Shown: piece after piece, positions 48,344-58,392 of the stretch
Numbering within the stretch: the first letter of the stretch is position 1
How the letters are laid out: each line of letters opens with the position of its first letter
From: Planctomycetota bacterium
Lineage (GTDB): Bacteria; Planctomycetota; PLA2
Direction: 5' to 3'
Assembly (NCBI GenBank): GCA_036443405.1
Contig: JAZFYD010000122.1
Location: 7,755 to 71,754 of the forward strand
Length of the DNA stretch: 64,000 nucleotides
Position numbers and translations under genes: made by a program
Notes under the pieces: model-generated
Told to the model about the DNA's origin: nothing
Databases searched by the model: none
Seen by the model: only the letters and a program-made list of their open reading frames with translations

Positions 48344-49456
48344 TCAGAGCAGCCCGATCAGGCCCATCAGCGCGCGCGCGGCGACATCTGCGGTGTCCTC
48401 CACGGGCTCCCCGCGCTCCATCTGCCGAAGGGCCGGACCGAGCGCCAAGAGGTCCGCCGCCAGGTCGTCGTCTTCGTGCACAAGCAGCCGCAGGAGATAC
48501 GCACCCTTGGGGACGCGCGCCCACTCGGGCCCGATGCGCCGGTCCGCGAGCTTCTCGATCGCGCGCGCCGCGTCCTCGGCGTTCCAACCCTCGGCCTTGG
48601 CCGCGACCGACTCCGGCCGGACGCCGCCGCGCTTGCCGGGTTTGCGCGGGTAGGTGCGCGCGCGCTGCGTCATGGCCGGCTCGCGAAATCTGGGCGCGAG
48701 GACCGCCGCCAGCGCCTCGTCCACCGCCTTCACGAGCAGGAAATCGCGCAGCGCCTCGTCGTTCGTGGCCTCGCGCATGTTCAGCGCCTTCTTGACCTCG
48801 GCGGGTTCGTTTTCGCTGCGCGGAATCTCCGCCGTGATCGCCTCGCCGCGGGTGTCCACGCTCTGATCACCGCCGGTGTAGGTAAGCTCGCCGTCCGCCG
48901 AGACGGAAAGTTCGAACGGCGTGCCCCACTCGTGGTCCAGCATCGCGCGGCGCAGCGCACGCACGACCGGATCGCGCAGCAGCACTGTCGTCGGCGCGGT
49001 GTGGATGTCGCCCGTGACATCGAAAAAGCGCTTGAACCGGTTGCGCTCGTGTTTGGCCAGCGCCGTGAGGTTGACCGCCTCGGGTGTCTCCTCCAGCCGC
49101 GACTCGGCCTTGAGCGCCGCCTGCACGAGGGTCTCAACCTTTTCCAAGTAGTCGCACTGCTCGTCGATGCGCTCCTTGGTTCGCGGCATCGTCTCCAGCA
49201 GCACCGCGAGCCGGCACGCGATCTCGAACTCGTCGGCGATGCGCCGCAGAGTCCGCATCTCCGGCGTGCTCTGCCCCTCGATTTCCACGAGCGTCGTTTT
49301 GGGCGACTCCGCCGCACGCTCGCATTTCTTAGCGTAGTTCGACAGGTCCACCACGCCGGTTTTCTCGGAGTCCGCCGAGAGACGTCGCCCCATGAGCAGA
49401 CCCCGCAGCGCGCGCGCGAAGTTGCGCAGCCGGTATTCCGGGTTAACCGAGCTCAT
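48344..49456 (-). CDS. Hypothetical helical protein
   Basis: 370-aa ORF with host-like codon usage; overlaps the HAD gene end; no motif recognised. Confidence 0.65.
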   Translation of the reverse strand: MSSVNPEYRLRNFARALRGLLMGRRLSADSEKTGVVDLSNYAKKCERAAESPKTTLVEIEGQSTPEMRTLRRIADEFEIACRLAVLLETMPRTKERIDEQCDYLEKVETLVQAALKAESRLEETPEAVNLTALAKHERNRFKRFFDVTGDIHTAPTTVLLRDPVVRALRRAMLDHEWGTPFELSVSADGELTYTGGDQSVDTRGEAITAEIPRSENEPAEVKKALNMREATNDEALRDFLLVKAVDEALAAVLAPRFREPAMTQRARTYPRKPGKRGGVRPESVAAKAEGWNAEDAARAIEKLADRRIGPEWARVPKGAYLLRLLVHEDDDLAADLLALGPALRQMERGEPVEDTADVAARALMGLIGLL

Positions 49457-50171
49457 CGAGACTCTTCAGGATGAAATCGGGGCGCACGTCGGGTGCGCGC
49501 GGATCGCCGGTCGGGCCCTCGAAGTGTTCGTGCGTCAGCGCGGTCTTGAACCCGGCGCGGTGGCCGCCGACCACGTCCGCGTAGAACTGATCGCCGATCA
49601 TCAGGGTGGCCTCGCGCGGCGTACCGAGGGCGGCGCTCACGGAGTCGAACAGGCTCGCGTGGGGTTTCATGAAACCGCTCGTCGCCGAGACCTCCACGGT
49701 TTCGAACAGCTCCCACACGCCCAGGGCGCGGACGACGCGCTCGATCGGATCGGTCAGGACGTAGTTCGACAGCACGGCGAGCTTGTAATTCCTCGCGAGC
49801 CGCTCGAGATGGCCCTTGACGCCCGGCGGGATGCGGCACGCCGCGACCATCGTTTCGTTCATCGTCCTATTGGCCCGCTCGTAGAGCGTCGGGGTGGCCC
49901 GATGGCCGCTGACCGCGTCCACGAACTCCTCGACGGTGATCTCGCGGCATTCGCCGTCCTCGCGCTCGCGCATCATCTCGTCGCGCACTCGGTTCGCGCG
50001 CATGAAGAAGTCCGGCTGTGGGCCTAGCTCGTCCTTGAACGCCTCCTCCAACTCTGAATAGAGGATCTTCACCTCGCGCGTGCCGAACGGAACGAGCGTG
50101 TTGCCGAGATCGAAGACGATCGCCTCGATTCCGTCGAGTGAAACACTCGATGAAGGGTGCGGAGCGGGCAT
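49443..50171 (-). CDS. HAD-superfamily hydrolase
   Basis: VFDLGNTL, VLSN, KPH, MIGDQFYADVVG. Start uncertain. Confidence 0.88.
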   Translation of the reverse strand: MPAPHPSSSVSLDGIEAIVFDLGNTLVPFGTREVKILYSELEEAFKDELGPQPDFFMRANRVRDEMMREREDGECREITVEEFVDAVSGHRATPTLYERANRTMNETMVAACRIPPGVKGHLERLARNYKLAVLSNYVLTDPIERVVRALGVWELFETVEVSATSGFMKPHASLFDSVSAALGTPREATLMIGDQFYADVVGGHRAGFKTALTHEHFEGPTGDPRAPDVRPDFILKSLDELG

Positions 50172-50197
50172 GGGGGTGCATGCTACGCTACCGCGCA

Positions 50198-52870
50198 ATG
50201 GCTGGCAGGCTCTTCCTGGTGGACGGGACGGCGCTCGCTTATCGCTCCCACTTCGCGTTCATTCAGAACCCGCTGACCACGTCGAAGGGCGAGCCGACGA
50301 GTGCCACATTCGGCTACTACATGGCGATTCAGCGCATCGTGCGCGAAGAGCGCCCGGACTCCATGGTCGTTGCGTTCGACCGCCGCGAGCCGACGTTTCG
50401 CAAGAAACGTTATCCCGCATACAAGGCGACGCGCGAGAAGGCGCCGGACGATTTGATCGGGCAACTTCCGGTCATCAAGAAGCTGACCGAGGCGCTCGGG
50501 ATACCGGTGCTCGAGCTTGCCGGGTTCGAGGCGGACGACATCATCGGGACGGCCGCGGTGCGCGGCGAGAAGGCCGGCTTCGAGGTCCTGATCGTTTCGG
50601 GCGACAAGGACATGATGCAGCTCGTGACCGAGAAGGTCCGCATCTACGACATCTCGAAGCAGGGCACCGATCCGGTGATTCTGGGCATCGACGGTGTGAA
50701 GGAGAAGTTCGGCGTCACGCCGGACAAGGTCGTCGACGTCCTCGGGTTGATGGGAGACACCTCCGACAACGTCCCGGGCGTGCCGCTCGTCGGTCCGAAA
50801 AAGGCGCTCGCGCTGATCGAGGAGCACGGTTCCCTGGAGCGCGTGCTGGAGACCGCGCCGGCCGCCAAGCCCAACAAGACCAACAAGAACCTCGTCGAGT
50901 TCGCGGAGCAGGCGCTGCTGTCCAAAGAGCTCGTGACGATCGACATGGAGGTGCCGATCGAAACGCCGTTCGACAAGCTGGAACCCGGTTCCCGCGACGT
51001 CGACGCGCTTGCCGACATCTTCGCGCGCATGGAGTTCACGGCGTTCTTGAACGAGGTGCGCCAGGAGCAGGCGTCGGAGAGCGTGGCGGCGGGTTATTCC
51101 ATCGTCGATGACGACGCCGGGATCGACGCGCTGCTATCCGATCTGCGGGCCAACGCTTCGTTTGTATTCGATACGGAGACGAGTGAGCTCGATCCGTACT
51201 CGGCCAGGATCGTCGGGTTGAGCTTTGCGCACACGGAAGGCGAAGCGGTGTACGTGCCGATCGCGGGGTGCGAGGGGCGGCTCGAGAAGTTCCGCGGCAT
51301 CTTCGAAGACGCTGGGCTCGCAAAAGCCGGCCAGAACATGAAGTACGACGTGCAGGTGCTGCGCACAAACGGCATCGAAGTGCAAAACCTCGCGTTCGAC
51401 ACCATGGTTGCGTCCTATCTGCTCGATCCCGGCCGCGGCCAGCACAACCTGGACGCGATGTCGCTCAAACATCTCGGCATCAAGAAGACCCCGACCGAAG
51501 ATCTGATCGGCAAAGGCAAGGGGCAGATCTCGATGCTTGAAGTGTCCGTGGAGGACATAAGCAAGTACGCGGCGGAGGATGCCGACTGCACGTTCCGGCT
51601 CATGAAGCTGTTTGAGCCGCGGTTGGAAGAAGAGGACTTGGTGCCGCTGTTCCGCGAGGTCGAGATGCCGCTCGTGCGCGTGCTGCTCGACATGGAGCGC
51701 GCGGGCGTGCGCATCGATTCGGACTACCTCTCGGGCATGAGCCTCGAGTTGGGGGAGTCCGCCGACCGTTTGACGGGCGAGATCCACGAGATGGCGGGCG
51801 AGGAGTTCAACATCAACTCGCCGAAGCAGCTCGGGCCGATCCTGTTCGAGCGGTTGGAGATCCAGAAGGGTTCGAAGAAACGCCTCAAGCGCACCAAGAC
51901 CGGCTACAGCACCGACGCGACGACGCTCGCCAACTACGCGGATCACCCGATCGTCGCGAAGCTGCTCGAGTATCGCGAGGTCGTGAAGCTGCGCTCGACG
52001 TATGTGGACGCGTTGCCGAAGCTCGTGCACAAAAAAACGGGCCGCATCCACTCGTCGTTCAACCAGACGGTCGCGGCGACCGGTCGCCTTTCGAGCCAGG
52101 ATCCGAACCTTCAGAACATCCCGATCCGAACGGAGCTGGGCAAGCGCATTCGCAAGGCGTTCGTCGCGGACGCAGGTTGCCGGCTGGTGTGCGCGGACTA
52201 CAACCAGATCGAGCTGCGGCTGATGGCGCACCTGTCCGACGACGCGTCGCTCTTGGACGTCTACGCCCGCGGCGGCGACGTGCACACGGAAACGGCGGCC
52301 CGCATGTTCGGCTGCGAGGTCGGAGATGTGACGCGCGAGCAGCGCGGCCGCGCCAAGGCGATCAACTTCGGGATTTTGTACGGCATGGGGCCCCAGCGCC
52401 TGGCGCGTGATCTGAAGATCAGTTTGAACGAGGGCAAAGAGTTCCTCCGCCGGTACTTCCAAGAGTTCCCGGGCGTGCGCGAGTTCCAGCGTGGCGCGAT
52501 CGAAAAGGCGCGCACCGAGGGATTCGTGACGACGCTGCTCGGGCGCCGGCGCGTGATCAGCGAGATCGAGAGTCCGATGCCCGGCGTGCGCGCGAACGCC
52601 GAGAACATGGCCATGAACACGCCGCTGCAGGGAACCGCGGCGGACCTGATCAAGATCGCGATGATCCGCGTGCATCAGAAGCTGCACGAGGGGGACTTCG
52701 CCGCACGCATGATCCTTCAGGTCCACGACGAACTGGTGTTCGAGGCGCCCGAGGACGAGTGCGACGCGCTCGCGACGATGGTGCGCCACGAGATGGAACA
52801 CGCGATGGAGTTGAAGGTTCCGATCGTTGTGGACGTCGGCATGGGCACCGACTGGCTCGAAGCCCATTAG
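50198..52870 (+). CDS. polA: DNA polymerase I
   Basis: 5'-3' exonuclease (LVDG..LAYR, EADD, GDTSDN), 3'-5' exonuclease (FDTET), polymerase motifs (DYNQIELR, AKAINFGILYG, QVHDEL). Confidence 0.97.
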   Translation: MAGRLFLVDGTALAYRSHFAFIQNPLTTSKGEPTSATFGYYMAIQRIVREERPDSMVVAFDRREPTFRKKRYPAYKATREKAPDDLIGQLPVIKKLTEALGIPVLELAGFEADDIIGTAAVRGEKAGFEVLIVSGDKDMMQLVTEKVRIYDISKQGTDPVILGIDGVKEKFGVTPDKVVDVLGLMGDTSDNVPGVPLVGPKKALALIEEHGSLERVLETAPAAKPNKTNKNLVEFAEQALLSKELVTIDMEVPIETPFDKLEPGSRDVDALADIFARMEFTAFLNEVRQEQASESVAAGYSIVDDDAGIDALLSDLRANASFVFDTETSELDPYSARIVGLSFAHTEGEAVYVPIAGCEGRLEKFRGIFEDAGLAKAGQNMKYDVQVLRTNGIEVQNLAFDTMVASYLLDPGRGQHNLDAMSLKHLGIKKTPTEDLIGKGKGQISMLEVSVEDISKYAAEDADCTFRLMKLFEPRLEEEDLVPLFREVEMPLVRVLLDMERAGVRIDSDYLSGMSLELGESADRLTGEIHEMAGEEFNINSPKQLGPILFERLEIQKGSKKRLKRTKTGYSTDATTLANYADHPIVAKLLEYREVVKLRSTYVDALPKLVHKKTGRIHSSFNQTVAATGRLSSQDPNLQNIPIRTELGKRIRKAFVADAGCRLVCADYNQIELRLMAHLSDDASLLDVYARGGDVHTETAARMFGCEVGDVTREQRGRAKAINFGILYGMGPQRLARDLKISLNEGKEFLRRYFQEFPGVREFQRGAIEKARTEGFVTTLLGRRRVISEIESPMPGVRANAENMAMNTPLQGTAADLIKIAMIRVHQKLHEGDFAARMILQVHDELVFEAPEDECDALATMVRHEMEHAMELKVPIVVDVGMGTDWLEAH

Positions 52871-52916
52871 CGAATCGTACGCGGGCCCTGCTGTTGTTTT
52901 TCGATACGCTAGGTGC

Positions 52917-54533
52917 GTGGCCCGCCTTGTTCTCTTGACGCTCCTGCTCGCGCTGCCGATGTCGGCGGCGCCGTCGGGCACTCGAATCGCGCTCCTGGAT
53001 CTGCGGCCGAGTTTCTTGAAGCCGGGCAATCAACCGCTGCTGCGCAACGGCACGCGCAGAAGGCCGGGGCTGTTCATCGCGGAAAAGCGTTATCGCGGTT
53101 TGAACGCACCGCTGCCGTCCAGGATCGGGTTCGACCTCGAGTTGACCTTTACGAGCTTCCGCGTGAAGGTCGGGTTGCTGGACGGTGCGCACAAATCGTC
53201 ACAAGCGGTGTTTCGGGTTTTGGGCGACGGCAAGGTGCTCGCCGCAACGCCGCCGCTGTTCCCGGGGCAGGAGCCGGTCGAGTTGGTCGCGGATGTGAGC
53301 AACGTGTTCCTGCTCGAGCTCGTGTGCAAGAAGATCGGCCGCGGACACGCCAACGTCGCGTGGATCGGCGGGCAGTTGATCTCGCGTGCGGGCGCCGATC
53401 TGTCGCGATTCCGTCCGTTCAACGCGCCGTTTTCGCCGCGCGCGTATCCGTCGAAGTTTCGCCGCAGCGTGAACGAGGCGATCGACGGTGGCGTGCGCGC
53501 GCTCCAGCGGGTGCAGCGGGCGGGGGGTGAATGGCCGCGCCGTGGCGACCCGCTCGGGCTGACTGCGCTCTGCACGCTCGCGATCTTGAAAGGCGGCGTG
53601 AAGGCGACGGATCCGTCGGTTGTTCGTGCGTTCGAATTCATGAAGACGCAACCGTTCGAGCGCGTCTACGACGTTTCCGTTTTGTTAATGGCGATCGAGG
53701 CGAGGTACTTCCCCGGCGGCGCAGACGAGAAGGACGCGTACAAGAACCGGCCGAGGCTCGCGCGGAAGGTCATCCCGGAGGAGGACCGCGAGTGGATCCG
53801 CCGCGCTGCGCGTTGGCTCGCCGATCAGCAGGGCATGGGTTTCAGGGATGCGTCGATGCGCGCGCTCAACCCGGTGTGGCGCTATCCGGGCGGCGGATAC
53901 GACCTGTCCAACACGCAGTACGCGCTGCTCGGATTGAGTGCGGCGCGCCGGTGCGCGGTGCCGAACTCAAAAGTGTGGCTGAAAGTGCTTCGGTTCCTCA
54001 TCGGGGCGCAGGAGAAAGACGGGCCGCGCGTGCAGGTGTCGCGCTATGAGCGGCGCAAGAACTTCATCTATCGCCGCTACGAGAACGCGCAAGCCCGCGG
54101 GTTCGCGTACACGTTGACGACCCCGACCCCGACCGGGTCGATGACGTCGGCGGGGGTTTGCGCGTTGATCCTCTGCCAGCAGGCGCTTTATCGAAACACG
54201 AAGTATCAACACGCATGGCGAGGCCGAACCCGCGCAGCGATTCGCGACGGGCTCGCGTGGATCGAGGAGTACTACACGGTCGAGGAGAACCCGTTCAAGT
54301 CGTCGTGGTGGACTTATTACCTGTTCAACCTCGAGCGCGCCGGCGTATTGCTGGACACGCGTTTCATCGGGACGCGCGATTGGTATCGCGAGGGCGCCGA
54401 GGCGCTCCTGAAACGCCGGCGCAAGGACGGTTCCTTCCTGGGCCCCGGCGGCGAATCGACCATCGACACGGCCTTCGCCGTGCTGTTCCTGAAACGCGCG
54501 ACCGTCCCCGCCCGCACGTCCCCTCTCGATTGA
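52917..54533 (+). CDS. Secreted NPCBM-like plus prenyltransferase/squalene-oxidase-repeat protein
   Basis: F...VGL.D...AVFRVLGDGK; DLSNTQYALLGL, GSMTSAG, YLFNLERAG, DWYREGA, DTAFAVLFL. Confidence 0.75.
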   Translation: MARLVLLTLLLALPMSAAPSGTRIALLDLRPSFLKPGNQPLLRNGTRRRPGLFIAEKRYRGLNAPLPSRIGFDLELTFTSFRVKVGLLDGAHKSSQAVFRVLGDGKVLAATPPLFPGQEPVELVADVSNVFLLELVCKKIGRGHANVAWIGGQLISRAGADLSRFRPFNAPFSPRAYPSKFRRSVNEAIDGGVRALQRVQRAGGEWPRRGDPLGLTALCTLAILKGGVKATDPSVVRAFEFMKTQPFERVYDVSVLLMAIEARYFPGGADEKDAYKNRPRLARKVIPEEDREWIRRAARWLADQQGMGFRDASMRALNPVWRYPGGGYDLSNTQYALLGLSAARRCAVPNSKVWLKVLRFLIGAQEKDGPRVQVSRYERRKNFIYRRYENAQARGFAYTLTTPTPTGSMTSAGVCALILCQQALYRNTKYQHAWRGRTRAAIRDGLAWIEEYYTVEENPFKSSWWTYYLFNLERAGVLLDTRFIGTRDWYREGAEALLKRRRKDGSFLGPGGESTIDTAFAVLFLKRATVPARTSPLD

Positions 54534-54569
54534 TTCGTTCGATTCGTACCCGGTACGGACCGAACGAAT
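54533..54569. terminator. Hairpin immediately after stop codon
   Basis: attcgttcg attcgtac...gtacgga ccgaacgaat inverted repeat. Confidence 0.45.
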
Positions 54570-54580
54570 GTGTCTCCGGC

Positions 54581-54729
54581 CCAACACCTGACGGTGTTGG
54601 AGCGTGCTTGCCCAACGGCTCACGCCGCCGTGTTGCTTGCCCAACGGCTTACGCCGTTGGAGCCCTCCGTTCGCACGGTCTGAGATGCGGCGCGGCCTTT
54701 TGGGTTTCTCTGCCCAACGGCTTACGCCG
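54581..54729. repeat. Cluster of REP-like palindromes (CCAACGGC-TNAC-GCCGTTGG family)
   Basis: Full copies at 54581-54600 and 54641-54660; truncated copies starting at 54612 and 54714. Confidence 0.85.
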
Positions 54730-54758
54730 GGTGGAAAACTCGCGGCGGACGGCTCGGT

Positions 54759-55838
54759 TCAGTTACCGCGGATCTGGTTGACGGTTTCGGTGTCCAGGCG
54801 TTTGCAGAGCGCGACGAGCAGTTGCAGCGTTGCGTCGTAATCGCGACGGTCGATGATCGAGCTGTGGCTGTGGATGTAGCGCGACGGCACGCAGATCGCC
54901 AGGCTGGGAATTCCCTCGCCAACGATGTGGAAGCGGTTCGCATCCGTGCCGCCCGCCATGATCGTCGTCGTGTGATAAGGGATCTTCTCCTCCTCCGCGA
55001 CATCGATGACAAACCGCGTCAGGCGCGGGTGCGACACGTGGCCGCGTTCGAGCAGCAAAATGCCGGCGCCGCCGCCGAGTTTTTCCTGCGCGCGGTCCGC
55101 CCCGGGGAACCCCGGCGTGTCGCGCGCGATGCCCACGTCCAGAGCGATCGCCAGATCCGGCTGGACCTTGGCCGCGCTCGTCGCCGCACCGCGCAGTCCG
55201 ATCTCCTCCTGCACCGTTGCGACGCCGTAGACCGTGTTCGGATGATCGGTGTCGCGCAACTCTTTGAGCAGGTCCACGACGAGTCCGCAGCCGACGCGGT
55301 TGTCCCACGCCTTCACCACGAACAGGTCCGGGTTGACCAGCGGCTCGAACGGCGCATGCGGAACAACGAAGTCGCCGCGGCGCACGCCGCTCGCTTCCAC
55401 CGCATCGAACCCGTCCGACACGCCGAGATCGATGAAGAGATCCTCGAGCTTCTGAACGTGTTTGCGCTCCTCGGCGTCGAGTTCGTGGGGGGGCTTGGAA
55501 CCGACAACACCCAGGAAGTCGCCCTTGCGGGTCCGAACGGTGACGCGCTGGCCCAGCAGGACGTGGGGCCACCAGCCGCCAAGGGCCCGGAAGCGCAAGT
55601 ACCCGCTCGGTTCGATGTCGGTGACCATGAACCCGACCTCGTCCATGTGGCCGGCGAACATCAGGAGCGGCCCGTCCCCGCTCCCGTTTTTCCGCGCGAT
55701 GAACGAACCGATGTTGTCCTTTGACGTCTCGCAGAAACCCTCGGTCTCGCGGCGCAGAATGGCGGCGACGTCATCTTCCAGCCCCGGCGGGCCAAAGGCC
55801 TCCGTGAGCTCCTTCAAAAACGCGTTGCGATCGTCCAT
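54759..55838 (-). CDS. M42 family aminopeptidase
   Basis: AGHMDEVGF, KAWDNRVG, QEEIGLRGA, ALDVG, GGTDA, RYIHS. Confidence 0.93.
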   Translation of the reverse strand: MDDRNAFLKELTEAFGPPGLEDDVAAILRRETEGFCETSKDNIGSFIARKNGSGDGPLLMFAGHMDEVGFMVTDIEPSGYLRFRALGGWWPHVLLGQRVTVRTRKGDFLGVVGSKPPHELDAEERKHVQKLEDLFIDLGVSDGFDAVEASGVRRGDFVVPHAPFEPLVNPDLFVVKAWDNRVGCGLVVDLLKELRDTDHPNTVYGVATVQEEIGLRGAATSAAKVQPDLAIALDVGIARDTPGFPGADRAQEKLGGGAGILLLERGHVSHPRLTRFVIDVAEEEKIPYHTTTIMAGGTDANRFHIVGEGIPSLAICVPSRYIHSHSSIIDRRDYDATLQLLVALCKRLDTETVNQIRGN

Positions 55839-55940
55839 GTCCGCTCCGTTCACTTAGCCAACATCGGGTCCCAATCAACCGGACCGGGAAGTGTAGCCCA
55901 TGGCCCACGGGATTGGAGCCGCGTGATAAAGTTCGTCCCG

Positions 55941-56183
55941 ATGGCAGACCGAAGCGATCTCCAGCGCCGCATCGTGATGGGTGTGGGCTTGGACGGTGAC
56001 GGGCACGCGCGCGTCACACGTGGCGAGGACTTTGTGATCCTCGGCGGATCCGAAGGCACGCACCATCACATGCAGGACGGCGTGCTGAAGTTCCAAGAGA
56101 CCCTTCGCAAGATGGGGACCGATCAGCACAGCGCTTCCAACGAGCAGATGGAAGAAGCGGCGCGCGAATCCGGATTGGCGTGA
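55941..56183 (+). CDS. Small conserved-looking hypothetical protein
   Basis: GVGLDGDGHARVTRGEDF.ILGGSEGTH..MQ; host-like codon usage. Confidence 0.7.
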   Translation: MADRSDLQRRIVMGVGLDGDGHARVTRGEDFVILGGSEGTHHHMQDGVLKFQETLRKMGTDQHSASNEQMEEAARESGLA

Positions 56184-56185
56184 CA

Positions 56186-56275
56186 GTGTTGCTTGCCCAA
56201 CGGCTGACGCCGTTGGAGCCCTACGTTCGAACGGTCTGAGATGCGGCGCGCCCAACCGTTGACGCTGTTGGAGCC
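56186..56275. repeat. REP-like cluster; 65-bp near-identical copy of 54630-54694
   Basis: 56186-56250 matches 54630-54694 with 3 mismatches; palindromes at 56197-56216 and 56252-56271. Confidence 0.85.
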
Positions 56276-56448
56276 ATGCAGGCGAAGCGTCTGATATGTG
56301 GCGCGGCTCTTGCCCCGCTCACCCAGCCGATACCGATACCGCCGATACGCCCGATACGGTGCCAGTTAACTTTTTGCGACTGTTCGTGGCGCGAGAACGG
56401 GGGATTGGCGCGAATTCGCAGGGTCGCTTGTTCGCAGGTTGGCGGCGC

Positions 56449-57372
56449 TCAGCGCCGCGGGCCTAGCACGCCCGCGACGGCGATCGCGGCGGCGAGGAGA
56501 ATCTCGCCGATCCACAGGCCCGCTGTCAGGCGCTTGTCGAGCATCACGATCTTGCCGCCCGGGCCGAGGCGCACAATCGGCGCCGTCGATCCGCGGAGTT
56601 TGGCGTAGGCGATGAGCGGTTGCCCGATGCCGGCCTGCTGGACCCAGAGGTAGTCTTCGATCTGCGGGTCAGTCAAGCCGCGCAGGCGCTCGGCCTCGCC
56701 GATGCGCTGGTCGAGCAGGATGCGTTCGCCTTTGTCGCGCGTTCCGTGTGTCATCTCGCGCTCGCGGACCAACTGTTCGACTCCCATGTCGAGATCCTGC
56801 CGTGTCACCTCGACACGCTCGGCGGTCGTGCGTTCGAACACCCAACCTCCGGCGATCATCGAGGTGAATCCGAGCACGACACACAGCACGGCGACCATGG
56901 TGGCGGCCACACGCGTCTGCGGGACCGAGCGGCCGCGGAACCCGTGGCGGCAGCCGGCCGCCGCCGCGAATCCGAGCACCAGTCCCGTGACTGCCGGGGC
57001 CGCGAAATCGAGCGCAGCCGTCACCGCGCCAAGCGCCGCGCCGAGCACGATGACGCCGATGCCGCCAAACACGAGTCCTTTGACTGCGCGTTCGCGCGTA
57101 ATGAATATCGGCGGCGGGCCCGAAACGTCAAACCGCGGAGGCGCCCCACCAAACTCGGAGTCGGCGTCGGAGTATTCGTAGCCGTCGAGCGCCGGGTCGT
57201 TGATGGGCGGCGGGGGAGCCGAATCCATATGCGAATCCGACGGTTCGATCGGCAACTGCATCCCACACTTGGGGCACTGCACCTGAACGACGCCGGCGAT
57301 GTCCGCGAGAAAGGAGTGGGCACAACGGGTGCACGCGGTCTTGACGAGCATGTCTGCCCGGTTATCGACCAT
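56449..57372 (-). CDS. Zinc-ribbon plus multi-TM membrane protein
   Basis: CTRC...CPKC N-terminus, Pro/acidic linker, about four TM helices. Alternative start at 57351. Confidence 0.75.
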   Translation of the reverse strand: MVDNRADMLVKTACTRCAHSFLADIAGVVQVQCPKCGMQLPIEPSDSHMDSAPPPPINDPALDGYEYSDADSEFGGAPPRFDVSGPPPIFITRERAVKGLVFGGIGVIVLGAALGAVTAALDFAAPAVTGLVLGFAAAAGCRHGFRGRSVPQTRVAATMVAVLCVVLGFTSMIAGGWVFERTTAERVEVTRQDLDMGVEQLVREREMTHGTRDKGERILLDQRIGEAERLRGLTDPQIEDYLWVQQAGIGQPLIAYAKLRGSTAPIVRLGPGGKIVMLDKRLTAGLWIGEILLAAAIAVAGVLGPRR

Positions 57373-57473
57373 CCGCGCTGGATGACTTGAGCGGGCCGTA
57401 GGCGCGCCCCGAGCCCGGATTTCCGGCTGATTGAGCCCGGATTTGGCGCCCGGAAATGCGTTAGAGTGCGGCC

Positions 57474-58265
57474 ATGAGCCCTGAACGCCCCAGCCTCCTC
57501 GAACTAGACGGCCCCGTGGCCGTCATCACGGTCAACCGCCCGGACAAGCTGAACGCGCTCAACGACAAGACCCTGGTCGATATCGCAGCCCAGTTTGTCT
57601 CCGCAAGAGACGACGAGACCGTGCGTTGCGTCATCCTGACCGGCGCGGAGGCCAAGCGCCCCTCGTTCGTGGCCGGCGCGGACATCCAGGAGATGGCCGA
57701 TCAGACGCCGCTTCAGGCGAAAGCGCGCTCGCGGCTCGGACAGGGCGTGTGCGATGTCATCGAAAACCTGGGAAAACCCGTGATCGCTGCGATCAACGGC
57801 TTCGCGTTCGGCGGCGGCCTCGAGCTCGCGCTCGCGTGTCACATCCGGCTCGCAAGCGCCGATGCCCGCCTCGGCCTACCCGAGGTGACGCTTGGCATCA
57901 TCCCGGGGTTTGGCGGCACCCAGCGTCTGCCGCGCATCATCGGTCTCGGTCCGGCGCTGGAACTCCTCACGACGGGGCGGCCTGTGCTGGCTGAGGAGGC
58001 CCACCGCCTCGGGCTCGTGAATCACGTGCACCCGGCTGATGAACTCATGCAAAAGGCCCGTGAAATGGCGGCCCAGATCGCGGCCAACGGGCCGATCGCG
58101 GTCCGGCTGGCGCTCGAGGCTGCGCTGCGCGGGCGGTCCCAGCCGCTCGACGACGGTCTGCGCCACGAGCAGAACCTGTTCGGCCTCGTGTCGGCGACGG
58201 AAGACATGCACAACGGGCTGCATGCGTTCCTGGAGAAGCGCAAACCGGACTATCTGGGGCGCTGA
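57474..58265 (+). CDS. Enoyl-CoA hydratase (crotonase family)
   Basis: NRPDKLNAL, FVAGADI, GGGLELALAC, PEVTLGIIPGFGGTQRL. Confidence 0.93.
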   Translation: MSPERPSLLELDGPVAVITVNRPDKLNALNDKTLVDIAAQFVSARDDETVRCVILTGAEAKRPSFVAGADIQEMADQTPLQAKARSRLGQGVCDVIENLGKPVIAAINGFAFGGGLELALACHIRLASADARLGLPEVTLGIIPGFGGTQRLPRIIGLGPALELLTTGRPVLAEEAHRLGLVNHVHPADELMQKAREMAAQIAANGPIAVRLALEAALRGRSQPLDDGLRHEQNLFGLVSATEDMHNGLHAFLEKRKPDYLGR

Positions 58266-58392
58266 TCGGAACCGGGCCGCGCGGATCCTCCCCGCGCGTC
58301 GCGCCGCGGCATCGTCGCGATGAATTTGCGGGACATGTCGAATAAACACGACGTGAGTTTTTGCGACGCGTACGTAAAAGGGCGGCTGTTGG

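Noticed and set aside
54581-54729. Possible CRISPR array
   Set aside because: Copies are variable palindromes with irregular spacing, also dispersed elsewhere, with no cas genes; REP-like instead.
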